A DNA stretch of 64,000 nt, from NCBI GenBank assembly GCA_020536535.1, contig JAHLWZ010000644.1:17917-81916 (forward strand), written 5' to 3'. Positions 12,023 through 25,626 of the stretch are shown here, in pieces (the first letter of the stretch is position 1; each line of letters starts with the position of its first letter). The notes under the pieces are model-generated. The model made no database searches, was not told the origin of the DNA, and saw only the letters and a program-made list of their open reading frames with translations. Source of the DNA: Pelomyxa schiedti. Lineage: Eukaryota > Protista > Evosea. The translations under genes and the position numbers were made by a program.

Positions 12023-14619
12023 ATGGCAATGTCGGAGGCGGATTGGGTGGGTCAACTGTCAGCCGCCTCAGGGTGCCCATCCACCAACTTGGTCCGTAGA
12101 ATGCAACATCGATTTCTTTTGTGTTTTGTTTTGACCTTTCGTTTCCGCTGGTTGTTTTCTATTTGCATTCTATTGTGGATTCGGTTTTTTACATATTTCC
12201 TTGTTGTTCTTTTTTTGTTTTGTGGTTTTAGTTGCAACTAACTCACGTAATATACACAAAACAGCAAAGTTTGGGACAGTATGTTCAGCAGGTGGGGAAG
12301 AGCACGGCTTTGTATCAACTGGGATTGGTGTTTGAGCAAAGAGGCATGACTGACAGGGCTGCACAGTGTTTCTTGCAAGCGGATTCACCTGTTTCGTTGA
12401 CGGCATTGGGTGTAAGCATGACTAACTTAACTACTTTTTTTTTTTTCATTTCTCTCGAAGGTTCTTTATGAAAATAAAGGTGACGTTATGCGCGCTATGC
12501 AGACATTCAAAATGGCTGCCACTCTGTCTGCAAACCTTCATTTAGCCTCTTTACATTATTCCTGTGGAGACTTCAAGCAAGCTGAACAAGTACCTCGAAT
12601 TCGCACTCTCTAAATTGATCATTGCTCTAGATTTTACTCAAATGCAATTCCCCTTCTGCCTGGTTACTTCTAGGTACTTTCTATGCAAGAGAAGGCCTTC
12701 ATCAAAAAGCCAGGTTGGCGCCATCGTGCATTTCCAGCTGTGAAATTTACAACCAAAATTGTTACGTACAGTGAAGCCTTCAACAATTCACATCTACAAC
12801 ATGCGATTGACTGGTGGTCTGCAAATTCTTCGCCTTCTAATACAGACACTGCTGCCAAAGAGTACTTGGATGTACTAGCAGTCCATGCTCGAGAGATGGC
12901 ATCTCGGGAATTATCACCACCAGAAACTCGAAATAAGTCCGGTAACATTTCCGAAGACCGTCCTTTGATTACTACTAACTAATGGATGACCAGATGCGTC
13001 AACCTCTCCAACAGATTCTGTGAATTGCGGAGAAACATCGTCATCAGTAACTCCGGAAGATATTCAAACAGCATTGCACCAAGCAGTATGAAATGTTGCA
13101 ACCTTCTCTCAAGGGAGTCATTTATAGTTCAGGACTCACCTTTCACAACCATGGACAGAAGAATGCACTTGTTCAAAACATTACATGCTATGCATATTTC
13201 CTCTGTAAGTGGAAACTTTTCGTCATGAACCAATTGTGAGGATGTTTAGAAAGAAGACGTGATCGCACTTAGGGGAAAATGTCTTATAATGTTACATGCT
13301 TTGCAATATAACTGCCGAATGCAACGTTACGCAAAGGAGTTTATAGAGTCACTCCAAAGCACTGCCTCCGAGCAAGAGATTGCTGAGGTTTCTTTAACAA
13401 TAAATACCAGCCAGTCAAATTTTCATAGTGCATTCGGCTTGTACAATGCGCAACTGCGGTTCATTACTCCATAGGTGATGATATCGCTTCTTGCAAACCA
13501 CGCTCTTATGAGGTAATACTCATATTTTCCCTGCCGGGGTCTTCTGTCCAGTATGTAGAAGTGGTACAGTGATTTTTATCCGCTCTTCTTTTTATGTACT
13601 CTGGATTTCTCCAATATCTCTGTAGGAGTTCTCAACAATTTGGGGAATATTGGAAGACAAAGATCACACACGAGGAAGCTCTTTAAAGTTTCATTCCCTT
13701 TCATATGGAGAGGGTGGGAAGGAAAGCCTGCATATTAATCAACCTAGGGTTTCTATTGGGAATGTAACTTACTTTGTACTTGGTGAAAATTTGAACATCC
13801 CTCTACTGAATCGCTTCAGGCCAGCCGGCAAAGTTCACGCTCATGGTAACTTTCTCTAAGCAGTCGCCTCCTAAAAATCGAATAGGGGAAGTTCTTACCA
13901 TAATGCACATCGCAATTCAAAAATTGCTAAATACCACCTTGAGTGTAGACATGTTTCTTTCTCTCGTGTGGGCACTCGTCGGTGGAATTCATGTCACTGG
14001 AGAATTACCAAAAGAATTTTTTGAACGTGGCATACCACACTCTCCTCCACAGTGTATGCCAGTGAGGAGGAATATGCCTGTACTTGTACAACAAATGGGA
14101 GTTCAGTTTCTTGTGAGTGTTATCAAAAGTGTTGTACACCTATCTATCCCTCAACCAGAATCAACTACATCCACAACCCCGAACGCCGGTAACCTGCAAA
14201 CCCCCTGCCCCAATTCCGAGGTAGCCTCAGATACCGGGCAACAGGTTCCCACCAACCCCACCCAAATCGCTGTTAATAGTACAACTGACAACATTACCAC
14301 CGCACAAACAACAACCACTGACACCCACACCACCACTGAATCCGGCAGCACCGGAATCAACATCAACAGTGATGGTATCACCGCTTCAACCCCCGGAACT
14401 TCTTCCCTCCCACAACAACCACTTAATCCGGCTCCATCATCCTCACCACCAACTCAAAGCACACCCATCACCCCAAACAACAGCAACAGCAACAACATAA
14501 TAACCACTGATACTACTAGCACAAATACTACCAACCTGCCTGTAACACTTGCACCAGACTACATTCTATTTTCTGGAGCCACACCCCCTTCATTCTTTGT
14601 AATGCAGCCAGACTTGTAA
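12023..14619 (+). CDS. TPR/Sel1-like repeat protein with Thr/Asn/Pro-rich C-terminus
   Basis: ALYQLGLVFEQRGMTDRAAQCF and LTALGVLYENKGDVMRAMQTFKMA helical repeats; multi-exon; internal structure uncertain. Confidence 0.55.
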
Positions 14620-14892
14620 AGAATTCGACCAATCCAAACAAAAAATCAAAATCCATCGGCCTTCTTTTGGTTAGTTTTGTTTGAATTCCGATGAATTGAT
14701 GACTTCGTGTAAATGTAACTCATCAGCCGTACCTACCTAACCAATTTGTTGGGTGAGATTTAAATACAACCAAAGACCAAAACAAGGGCAGGACGACAGG
14801 CCATCAAAGGATAGAGGAGATAAACCAAAAAAAAAATCATCCTGCCCCCGTCGCCCTCATAGTGTGACCGAGTCCGGGAGACCCACCGCATT

Positions 14893-16450
14893 ATGGGATG
14901 TGGAGCTAGTGGGAGTTGGGCACGCCACGTGGGCTCTGCCGTAATTCCAACGACGCCGACGAATTCGCCAATGGGCAGTGCATCCCATAATTTTCGTGAT
15001 TCCACGTCCATTAGGTCCGCGCCAACCGCGTCATTAACTACACAACAATGGTCTTCATCAGCCAACAACAACACAACAAAAATAAATAAAAAAACCAACA
15101 CCAACAAACAGTGTCGAGTAAAAACCGGCACTGCATCGCCCCAGAAGCAAAAACAACAACAACAAACACAAAGACAACGCCAGCGCCAGTTTTCACAACA
15201 AAATCCACAAAGATACTATCACACATACGGCAACACTCCCATACAAACGCACCAGCAGCGGTCATTAAGTGTACACCACTGGGGACCTTCAACACAGCCG
15301 CCCCGAACTACCTTTACTGGCAATTCAAGCGGCATTTACGTTGGAGGCGCAACCAATGCCACTGCCTCTGCGACATGTTGTGGGGACAGAAACGGGGTCG
15401 CTGAGGGGAGACGGCAGGGGAATGCGCTGAGCACAGCGGGTGTGGGATCACCCTCTGGGGAAAATGCTTGTCCAATGATGGTTCCTTCCTCTATCCGGAG
15501 TGAATGTGGATATTCTGGTGGGTTCCCTCTTTTTTCCCAATTTACTATACCGAACTCGAACTTATAGTCTCCTTCTTCGAATCGTAACAGACCGGTTGGA
15601 CAGATTGGCGGCCGCCAGCTTCTCTACATGTGCCACTGGTGGAATAGTTGCGCATAAGACGTTCCATTCAACACAATATGGGTCCTGCAAAACACTTCAT
15701 CACGAAACTAGCATACATGGAATGGGAGTTTATTCTGCAGCATCCCGGGAGGGGGTAACTGGACCAGCAACAAGTCGGTCAATTTTAATGACAGGCAGAC
15801 TTTCATCTGGAGACATGACTGCCCGGGACTGTGATTTACCCTCTGGGGTATCCACAGGCACTATCACCACAATGCACAACACTGTGGAAGGTGGAAGTTT
15901 CAAACTACCATGCACCCGCAGTTTTGACCTGTCTCGCCAAAGCACTGCATCCAACCATATTGGCAGCAGTGGAAGTGACTATGAGGACACTGTAGCGCAA
16001 CGAACTAGTTGTCTTGTACCAGATGACTGGAATGCACTTTTTGAATCTGTTGCCCAACATCACAACAAATCAAGTAATTCACTGCGATCCACTGTATGTA
16101 CACAAACCCAGGAACTTTCTGCCTATACAACATCCTCACATTCGGAACAAAGTGATGATAATCTCTGCCTGAGAGTTGGTGGTGTTCTATACTCTGTACA
16201 TGACAGAAGTTTACCTACATCAAAAACATCCGGCTCACAAGAGAACTTTTGTGGGGTATGCTGTGATGTAGAAGTAAATTGGTGTGTAGTTTTCTTACAA
16301 CTTTATCAGTTGCTAACCAGTTTTAATAGTGTTCTTGTGCCCTGTGGTCATGTTGGACTTTGCTTTGACTGTGCTAACAAAATGCAAGGCCAGCTTTGCC
16401 CTTTTTGTAGAAAGACAATAGCTTCTGTAGTTAAAATATACAAAGTTTAA
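14893..16450 (+). CDS. C-terminal C3HC4 RING-finger E3 ligase, predicted myristoylated/palmitoylated
   Basis: MGCGASG N-terminus; C-terminal CGVCCD...VLVPCGHVGLCFDCANKMQGQLCPFCRKTI. Confidence 0.8.
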
Positions 16451-16472
16451 GACTTTGTGTTTTTATGAATTT

Positions 16473-17230
16473 TTAAGAACCATTTGTGAGGTTCATCAAG
16501 GCACTTGTTACAGCTCCATTTTCCTCACCAATTGCCCCAAAATCAAATTCGCCAACTGGATATGCAACAAGAACTGTATCTGTGGTGTTAAGAGGAGCTT
16601 CTATGGAGTGTTTAAAAAGATTGGGAAAAATGTAAAATACCCAAGGGCCTTTCCAGTAATGTGCCCAACATCCCTTGGAACTGTGCAGCCTCCACGGAAT
16701 ATCTGAGCACTATATACAACATAGACCAGAATCAATATTAGAAGAGAAATGAAATGTGTTGCATGCCAAGAGTGCCATGACCATTTTCACCAAATAGTTT
16801 ATCAGCCTCCAGAGTTATCTCTACATAATTAAACCAACGGAAATTCATCAGTCATAGCAACAAGCATACTTAAATGGCCCTCGTCATCAGTTCCAAATGA
16901 AATTGTCTTGAACCTTGGATCACTAATAGGCATGTTTATCACGGCCCTCGTAAAGTCAGTGCACAGCAGCCTGGCATCTTTTATAATGCACAACTTAATA
17001 ATTTATTTGGACATTTGAAACAATTCCATAAAAAAAAACCCTTGCAAAAGAGGTAACACCAAACTGGTCAATACAATGCAGCCCTTGTCTATTTTGGCAC
17101 CCTGATTAACACGGGCACCAGGGGACCGCCATTGGTTATAATTCAGCCTCACAGTCACGCTCTCGGCACAAAACAAAATACCCTCCCCATTGAGGGATTC
17201 TCTTTGTTTACTTGATAGTGATGAGCCCAT
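16473..17230 (-). CDS. Small predicted myristoylated hypothetical protein
   Basis: MGSSLSS start; several spliced exons; stop TAA at 16473-16475. Confidence 0.55.
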
Positions 17231-17329
17231 CTTTTGTTTGTTTTGTTCTTGCGTTTTTTTTTTTTGTTATTCCTATTGCAGGGATTGTACACAAAGGAGG
17301 GAGTGTGACAAAATTTGTTGTTTGCTGGT

Positions 17330-19030
17330 CTATGATTGCTTGCCGAGTTCAATTTTCTTTGATAAAGTGTTGAGCGAGTGATGCACAAACCTGTCCACAA
17401 GGCCGGCAAAGGTGAACAAACCACCTGGAGTTGTTTTAGTAGAGTTCGCATTCCCACTTCCACTCACCCAAGACAGCAATAATTCTTATAACAAAGGAAG
17501 AGAGGGATTGTCTGTCTTCCACGTACTCGATTCTTACAGGAGAAATGTCATAGTAGAAGTACAGTCCTAAACAGATATAAACAATGAGGGAAATAGTATT
17601 CATTACCTGGATATGCTTTTCCTTGTGTAAGGGTGGCATTTGAGGAACTGTCCTTAATTTTGAAAGTCAGTTACACATTTTTGATTACATTAAAACCTTC
17701 ACAGTTTCAGCAACACTAAATTGGTTTGATGTGATTTCCTTGGACGTCAAATGCTTGTATGTTGTCGGGATCACTTTAATGTAGAATTGAAAACTTGACG
17801 AGGCCGTTTCTATGGTAAAGGTAGGGGAGACCAGAAAAGAAGCCAACAAACCATCTATCTGCAGAGAATTATCAAGAGGGTTTACCATTCCCGGGAATTC
17901 TTCGCCAAATGACAATTTGTGTATAGTATGAGTGACATTGACTGTCCTATGATCTTGTTGGCTTTATTTTAGGAGGAAGGCTAGCTAACTTGGAACTTGA
18001 AAGGTCGTGGACATGCATCATATTTTCCTGGAAACTAGTACCAGGGGCAATATGGAAGTTTCCAGCAACTTTGTTCACAAGAATAAATCCATAGACGTTG
18101 CAACCCTCAGACGAAGAAGTGTCAAACTTAACCACCCCTTCTTGTATGCACTAGAGTCAGTGTCAGATCAGTTCAGTAATTCAAGTAACACACTTGCAAG
18201 ATGTTTGTTGGGTTGAAGTTCCAGCCTTTCATTTTATATAGGTCTTTTACTTCACTGCACGTTTTGCAGCAGTGACCTATGGGAGCTGCACCATAACACG
18301 AACCACAGTCTTCAGTTGTAGACACATTCTGATGTTGTTCTTCATCAGACTGAGCATTTGGAATTTCTTCATTGGTAAAAAGATCAACAGGGAAACTTTT
18401 CAACTTGACCATACGTTGCTTTTCAGGAATAGAAAAGGGTCTTCCATCCTTATTCAAACGACGCTTGAAAACGTCATGTTGTAAATCAATGTGGTGCTCA
18501 CCAGACACGTCCAATGAGTCCACACTCAAAACTAGGTTGATTACTCAACATGCAATAATATCAAGAGAGATGCAAAGTGACACACATCCACAAGCTAAAT
18601 GGTTGAAAGTGATGTTGAAATTGATTTTGAGCATCTCGTCCCTTGTTGTGTCAACCACAACCTCAGGGTACACAGTTATTTGCCTAAAAATTGTGTTGTA
18701 AGTACGCCCCAAATGTATAAATGAGGAATTAACAATAAGTGGTGGCATGCAACATAGAATTACAAAGAAAATGAAAAATAATTAAAACTTGAAAAGTTCT
18801 TGTTGTTGTGGGAAAAAGCGTGCTCACCTATACGCAGCAAACTCCCCAATGAACAACCATAAGAGAAATACGATGCAGCCAATCGTTACTGTTATAAAGG
18901 GGGAAGAGAACAGAATGAGTCACCAGATCTCGCGAGCAAAAAAAAAAGTACTTGCAGCGCCGTAAAGCGTTCTTACTCTGAAGTCCTCAATGAGACGCGG
19001 ATATGCGTCCAGCTTCTGCACGAACCTCAT
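17330..19030 (-). CDS. ERGIC3: ER-Golgi intermediate compartment protein 3 / Erv46
   Basis: KLDAYP..RVRTLYGA, CGSCYGA..CCKTCSEV, EGCNVYG..VNKVAGNFHIAPG, PGLYFYYDISP, C-terminal KKIELGKQS*. Confidence 0.9.
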
Positions 19031-19265
19031 TGTCACGTGGCCAAAAAAGAAAAAAGAACAGAAAGACCATCTCGGAACTGATGAGCTTGAAGACTTGGGT
19101 ACCAAGGAGAAGATCTCTTCCAGTGGTTAAGTGCGACATGCTCACAAAGAAAAGTGCTCCCGCCCACTGACACTGGAAGGTCTTCTGCAGTTCTTTTCTC
19201 AACGTGAGTTGTGATTTCCCAGAAATGATCTCAAAAAAGCACTGGCCGGCACAACGGCTTCTGCC

Positions 19266-21063
19266 ATGGCAACAACAGCAACAACGGCAACGGCAAGCAG
19301 CGGTGGCGTAAATGCACTGAAACCCAAGAAGTTGTTGGCGGTCGTTGGTACTACCGAGAATTGGTGAGATGAGATCTGCGTCGTTGTACCTGGGGAACAC
19401 CAGTTTTTTTTTTGCTGGGCTCGTTTTCTTTTTTTGTTGGGGCACTCGTGTGTTGTGTCTCTAATTTTCTGGCTTCTTTTCTATGTTTTGGTGTTTTACT
19501 GTTTTTAAAAAGGTACAGATTGGGTAAAGACATGGTTGTGTCTACCCCTCTTGGTGAGGTTCCTGTGGAAATTGAACAAGCCACTTGGGATGATATCACT
19601 TGTTGGTATACTAGAAATATGCTAGATTTTCCTTCTCTTCATAATACCGTTATTAGTTGCTATTCTGACTCTGGGATAGAACTCCGACTGGGCCCCTCCA
19701 AAACGCCACTTTGTGGTACGTTTTTCAGTAGTTGATAACTCTCATCCTTTCCTAGAGCAGCAAAAGAATGTTCGCCGTTTCATTCCTGATTTTATCATTG
19801 TGAGGTGATCTCTTTGTCATTTAGCCTCTCAATAAGCAACAACAAATCAGGAATTTTTGTCGCAGTGTGGGTGGCAGGCTGGGCTCCAAGCCTGATTTTC
19901 GTAATACCCTCATGGCACTGTACTATGCTGGTATCCCAATGATGAACTCCTTTCAAGCTCTCTATGCTGAATTGGAGAGGTGATGAACTTTTGTTTATTG
20001 CTCGTTTCCAATGGTTACAGGCCTATTATGTATGCAGCACTTCTGAGTATTGCAAAGAGACTGGGACATAACAAGTTCCCTCTTATCCCACAAATCTTTT
20101 ACCCCGACCACTCTGAAATGAAGTTTGTCCCTGCCCACCCTCTGCAATTTATCTCCAACTGGTTTTTTAGTATCACTCCTTCCACTCCCTTTGTGGTGAA
20201 GGTAAGCTACCCTCATGCCGGATTTGGCAAGATGCTTATTCAATCCACTGAAGATTTCCAAGATCTTTCTGGAGTAATAGGCCTTCACAAGGTCTCTCTA
20301 TGCACATACATCTTCTCTGGGTTAATATCGGGACTCAGGATTATTGTACGGCCGAGCCGTTTATTGAATCCGAGTATGAACTGAGAATTATCAAAATTGG
20401 CAACACGTATCGGGCACACAAACGTATGGGCTCTTCATGGAAAGTAAATGCAGGAGCTAGCTGTAGGGAACCAGTTCCCATGGAAGGTGTGAGTTCGCAA
20501 AAAAAGATTTTCCTTCACATATTACCTCAGAAAGATATAAACTTTGGGTTGATGAAGCCAGTAAGATTTTTGGAGGTTTGGATCTTCTTGCACTGGATGC
20601 TATTGTCGACAAGAATGGCAAAGAGTACATTCTGGAGGTATCAAATCCGATCCATTTATTTACCTTAAAACCAAAACTACAGGTGAATGGGTCCGCCCTT
20701 GGTCTTTCTCCAGAGCATGAGACAGAAAACTTAATAGCTATTAGGGACCTTGTGCAACAACGGATGAGCGAACTGTTCACACAAAAACCACTCTCACCCA
20801 ACAGACTGGAGACACTGTCACCATCACCTACTGCCTCTTCCTTGGAAACAACGATTGTAAACCTTAAAAATGAACTCGCCACTGCCCTCTTGCAAGTAGA
20901 AGAGGAAAAAGCCGCTTATTCCCAGCTTGAACGGAGACTGGAAAATGAAAGAGCCAAACACAAGAACCCAAGTCACTTCATCTTCCCCTCCATTCCAGTA
21001 CTTCTCCTAATTGTAATTGCTGTTCTGATTCCCGCCCTTATAGTGCCTCACCTCTTTGGGTGA
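19266..21063 (+). CDS. Synapsin-like ATP-grasp protein with C-terminal coiled coil and membrane anchor
   Basis: VEIEQATWDDI, PDFIIVRN, AGIPMMNS, FPLIPQIFY, VVKVSYPHAGFGKM, AEPFIESEYELRIIKIG, SWKVN, FGGLDLLALD..GKEYILEVNGS; tail IPVLLLIVIAVLIPALIV. Confidence 0.85.
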
Positions 21064-21130
21064 GATACACAACCCAACACAAAGCACCAAAACAAAATGA
21101 ATGGAGCCTTGAAGCTCCTAAAAAAATTTA

Positions 21131-22961
21131 TTAAATGAAGACTGCAAAGATTGTAAAGAGAGTCCCAGCCATGACCAACAAGGCAGTAGTTGTTAATCCA
21201 GAACCAGCACATATGGAGAATGAATCCACTCCAATAACCACATCTTGTAGCGTAAGTTTTGAATTTTTAAAAATAATTAAACATACCTGAGGAGTACTGG
21301 TTTCCAGCAAAAGTGAGACCAAGAACATTGTAGTCAGCGTAACTGTAAATTGGTGTCCATCCTTCCTCTGTAAATTTAAATTAAAGTTAGTTCAGTAACT
21401 TCATTACTAGTTGCGTCAGCAATAGGGATGCATAGTATTATTCACGTACGGTGGCGAGCTATAGCCTGGACAAACCAGGGGCGTTCAGAGGGGTCGTAGT
21501 CATATGAGAATTCCTTGTAAGAGTATGTAAGGATTGGAAATGACTTTGGGGAAAAAGAAAAGTGTGTACTTACATCCATCTCATCAGTGAGGTCAAATTC
21601 CCCAGAGTCATCCATTGGGAACAGATGTACCGAGTTATCACCAAGGAGGTCATTACTCTAGTGTGAAGGCGAAGTTATGTGATATACTGACTACTAGTCA
21701 ATGGACTGGCGAGCAATACCTTAACTTCGAGAATCCAGTTAGTGTCATCGCACCTATCAGTGTCTCCATACACCCAAGATGCACATGTATCCACCGAGAA
21801 GTAGTCATTGGATGTAATATATGCCGAGTAGCTGGGAATTGATTAATTCAATTGCTCTCGACTTGAAGTATTGGAAATCGAAGTACACTCACACAGAAGA
21901 TACTGTGCCACCCCCGTTTATTACAAGTGCTGACCAGAGCAACGACGCCATTGTGTGAAGCTCTTCTTCTGTGCTAATATCATCCAGCAAGTCAGCCCCA
22001 AGTGTCACTGCAGAGTAGTATGCCGCGGGAGCATTACTTCCGGTGAAGCACCACAGTGGATCACATTCGTCAGGTTGGTCCGAATCCCTTTTGGATGATA
22101 CACCCTCAGTCGAGCAACAATAACGATCGGACTTACATGTCATAGTCACAGTCCTCAAAGTTGTTGTCACTTGGGCAAAGTTCCACAGAGACAGTATCAG
22201 CGGCCACCTGAAGAAGGTCAGTAGAAGACCTTTAGCTGAAAAAACACTCTACCAACCTTTCCTCCAGGAATATCGAGCGCATAGGTTTTGCACATCTGGC
22301 CTGAGAGGAAATCTTCATAAGTGTCAGTCCAGCCAGTTATCCACCTATGGCAAAATGAGTAAGGAAATGAATATGTAGCCTAATAGTACCAAGGGCGAGT
22401 AGTAGGGTCGTATGATGAGTTTGAATGGCCAATATCGTACAAGTAAGAGCCGTCATTTGTTTCATAAAAGTGCACATATGTGTCACCAAACACAGCTTCG
22501 TTCACAACAAAACCAACGTAGCTATAGTATGAAGAAATCAAATCGCAACCGCTGTAATAGAGTCAGTACCAAACCATTCAAACTACAGAAAAAGAGGCCG
22601 TACTAGCCCTGAAATCCGAGAAGAGTGGTCTGTGTATAGCAGTCAGCCATTCCATACCACTCTCCAGTCTCTTGACCAACATAAATCACACCAGAATACC
22701 CTGCTAGTGTTAGCCAAGAATAACCAAAAAAGGGAGTATAGCCTCACCGTTTGCGTATGCCTTCAGGTACTTCCACAGCAATTCCAGAGGTTCATCAAAG
22801 TCAGACTCCCAAGTAATACCACTAAACACAGTGGTCTCTGTTGCAGCCAGAGCAGTGGCTGCTGAGTAGGCCCAGGAGTTTTCAGCGCACCAGTAACCGC
22901 CCGTTCTTCCTACAAGCAACAGTGCCAAAGTTCCAACGATTACAGACAGGAACACCTTCAT
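21131..22961 (-). CDS. Secreted / GPI-anchor-like hypothetical protein
   Basis: Signal peptide MKVFLSVIVGTLALLLVG; C-terminal hydrophobic tail ALLVMAGTLFTIFAVFI*; multi-exon. Confidence 0.55.
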
Positions 22962-23491
22962 TGTCTTTTTTTTTTTTCTGTTTGCTATTTGGTTTTGCTG
23001 TGGCCTTTTAAGGGCGTGTCTTGACCAACTTCGGACGATCTCCAAGTTACTTCTTTCCCCATCAGATAACTTCACACATGTTCTCTGTATTGAAGTTTGT
23101 GATGTGTCAACTGACATACAGAAGGACCGAAGAATATACAGGGAAAAGATCAGGACAGCTGCCGCTGCGAACCGCGAGGGCTTCCTTGTCCCGCTCCGCC
23201 GCAATGGGCATAAGGAAACCAAGGGAACTTTCGTGGTATAGCATCATCTAGAACTCAACCTTACTCCTACTTGTTAATTTCAAACGTGGGCCAGTGGGTT
23301 TTTTTTCTGAGCTTTTAATGCCACGGAGAGCCCGCTTACAAGCTTGGAGGATGTGGGCCCATTCTCATAAAACGGGCACCACAAGCTCGAGGGTCGAATC
23401 TCATGGTCAAACGGGCCGGTTGCCGGTTCCGGTCCAATAAATTATCCATAAATCAAGCTCTTGTGTTTTTTTCTTAAAACGAGTGGTGTTG

Positions 23492-24457
23492 ATGCGGAAA
23501 GGCGGTGGCGGGTGGGTGGGTGGATCTGCGGTGGTGGAGACACGACGTCTGATTGGTGTTGTTGCGTGTGTAGATCACGCTGACACTCTGTGCTCCTGGT
23601 TCAATGATCCTGCCGTTTCAATGTTTTCTTTCTTTTTTTTTTTTTTTGCTTTGTTTTTTTCTTACCAAACAGAAAGGTTTATGGATGACCCAGAGGAGGT
23701 TGTCACTTTAGACGTTGTAAAAGACTGGTATCGCACTCCAGAAGATGAGGATGATGTATCCCTTGGTATTCGCATTCACATTTGAGATTATACTCAAGTA
23801 GAGCCACACAAGTATTCCTATGCCGTGATACCAAGAAATGCCTTGGTTATGGGGCAGTTTACAGCTGGAAGCAGAACCATACCAGCCAATGTATCCATGT
23901 TCTGGACCCTCCTTCAGTGGGGCAAGATCAATGTCCACTAGAAGAATCAGATGCCTCTGCAACCACCAGCAGCGCCGCCGCGGTTAACGATAATTCTCAG
24001 TCCTGTGATGTGGAACACTCATGCTCGTGTTCCTATACAGCTGAGTTCTCCTTTGTCGTGGGTGACGAAGTGGCACGTGGGCAGGGCTATGGCAGTGAAA
24101 TTTTAGGAGCGTTGTGTGAACTGGCCTTTTCTCCTTCTGGCCCTTTCAAGTACCTTTGCTGCATGATATTCTTATATCAAATAAGGAAGCAAACAAAGAT
24201 TTGTTGTGCAGGGTATCTAAACTGCTTTGTGACATAGTGGCAGATAATTCTCCCTCCGTCAAAGCTGTTCAGCGACTTGGGTTTCAAACCATGCAGGTTA
24301 GAAATGGAGCACACACCTACGCTGGTCAAGTTTATGACCTCATTGATTTTGAGCTCACAAAGTAAAACCCCAAATGTCTGTTTCTCATTTTTTTTAATGT
24401 CTTTCTAGGGAGGAGTGGATGCCCAATAGAGACACCTCCATAAGACTGTTGCTTTGA
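23492..24457 (+). CDS. GNAT (RimJ/RimL-type) N-acetyltransferase
   Basis: SWFNDP, AEFSFVVGDEVARGQGYGSEIL (acetyl-CoA motif A), DNSPSVKAVQRLGF. Confidence 0.75.
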
Positions 24458-24569
24458 TTTTGTATTTGTAAGAATATTTCGAAACATACTTTACCAAAGT
24501 GAAGCAGCCTTCACTCTCCTAAAGACATTGTTCAACAACCAAGAAAGGTATTTATTTCCCCTCTAGGGA

Positions 24570-25464
24570 TTACAACAATTTTGCAGCCCAGGCAGCCATG
24601 TGCGATACCATTTGGCAATGTCTGTGCTCTTCAAGCTCTGGGTGGGGCCCAGATAGGACTGTACGCCCATTCCCATACACATCAGTTACCATCGCTTCAT
24701 AGCCCTCAAAGCCTGTATTATCATCATCATATGTGGCGAGTGCTGTGCCCCCACTCATAGCTGGTCCATTTACGTGATACAGCGTCACCTGTAGTTGTAT
24801 TTAGCCTTTATCTAGGCAGAATTGGTATTTTACATCTCCACTGAAGCCAAGTATTTCAGTACCAGCATCAGTCATCAATACATTGGTGTCACCAACATAA
24901 TCAACTGCATTACACACAACATTTGGGGCTACTCCCCATCCAGTGTAGTAATCAACTGTCACACTGCAAGCGGAATACGCCCCAGCGCATGTTCCATAGT
25001 AACCCTTACCCTTAGTCCCCACAAAGCTTTGTATGGCAGCGCCATCAATGTTACTATTATGCAAATAAGAATAACCCGACGTTCCACCTTAGTTTTTTTT
25101 CCCCCTTTTTGTTAGTTTCTTATTTTCCCAGTAAAAAGGGAACATTTCTTTGCTCTCAACGGTGTTGTCTTTATATAATAAAATAGTATGTTGAAACAAA
25201 AGGAATTGAAACCACACCAGGCATTGCCACCACATCGTAGCTGGACAGTATTGTTGAAGTTATCTTTGTGGAGTAGGCGTGTTTGAACACAACACCAGGA
25301 GTGAGGTTGTAGTTGTTGGAGTAGTCCAGGCAGTATGCAATGCCCTCGTAGCTGTTGTAGGCCGCATCGTCCCCAGAGTATATCACCACGTTGACTACAG
25401 TACTTCCACAAACTATAGTCACTGCCGTGAGGAGTACGAGATAACAGGCTGTTGTGAGTGTCAT
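24570..25464 (-). CDS. Secreted BPL-N / class I glutamine-amidotransferase-like hydrolase
   Basis: Signal peptide, VVIYSG, YDVVAMPGG, GKGYYGTCAGAY (nucleophile Cys), NGP, YGNGRTVLSGPHPE (His-x-Glu). Confidence 0.75.
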
Positions 25465-25626
25465 CTTCACAAACCAAAGGAAAAAAAAGTTTTTTTTTTG
25501 TTGGAACTTGTTGATTTAGTTAGTGGAAAGGGAAACCGAAAACCGCCTGTTATGGCTGGAATGTGATGAATTTGATGTCACAACTTTTGTTTGTGGAATG
25601 TTGAGGTGTTTGGCTCATAGGGATTG

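Noticed and set aside
23320-23410. tRNA-like fragment (ctcataa, ggtcgaatc)
   Set aside because: I could not fold a convincing cloverleaf.
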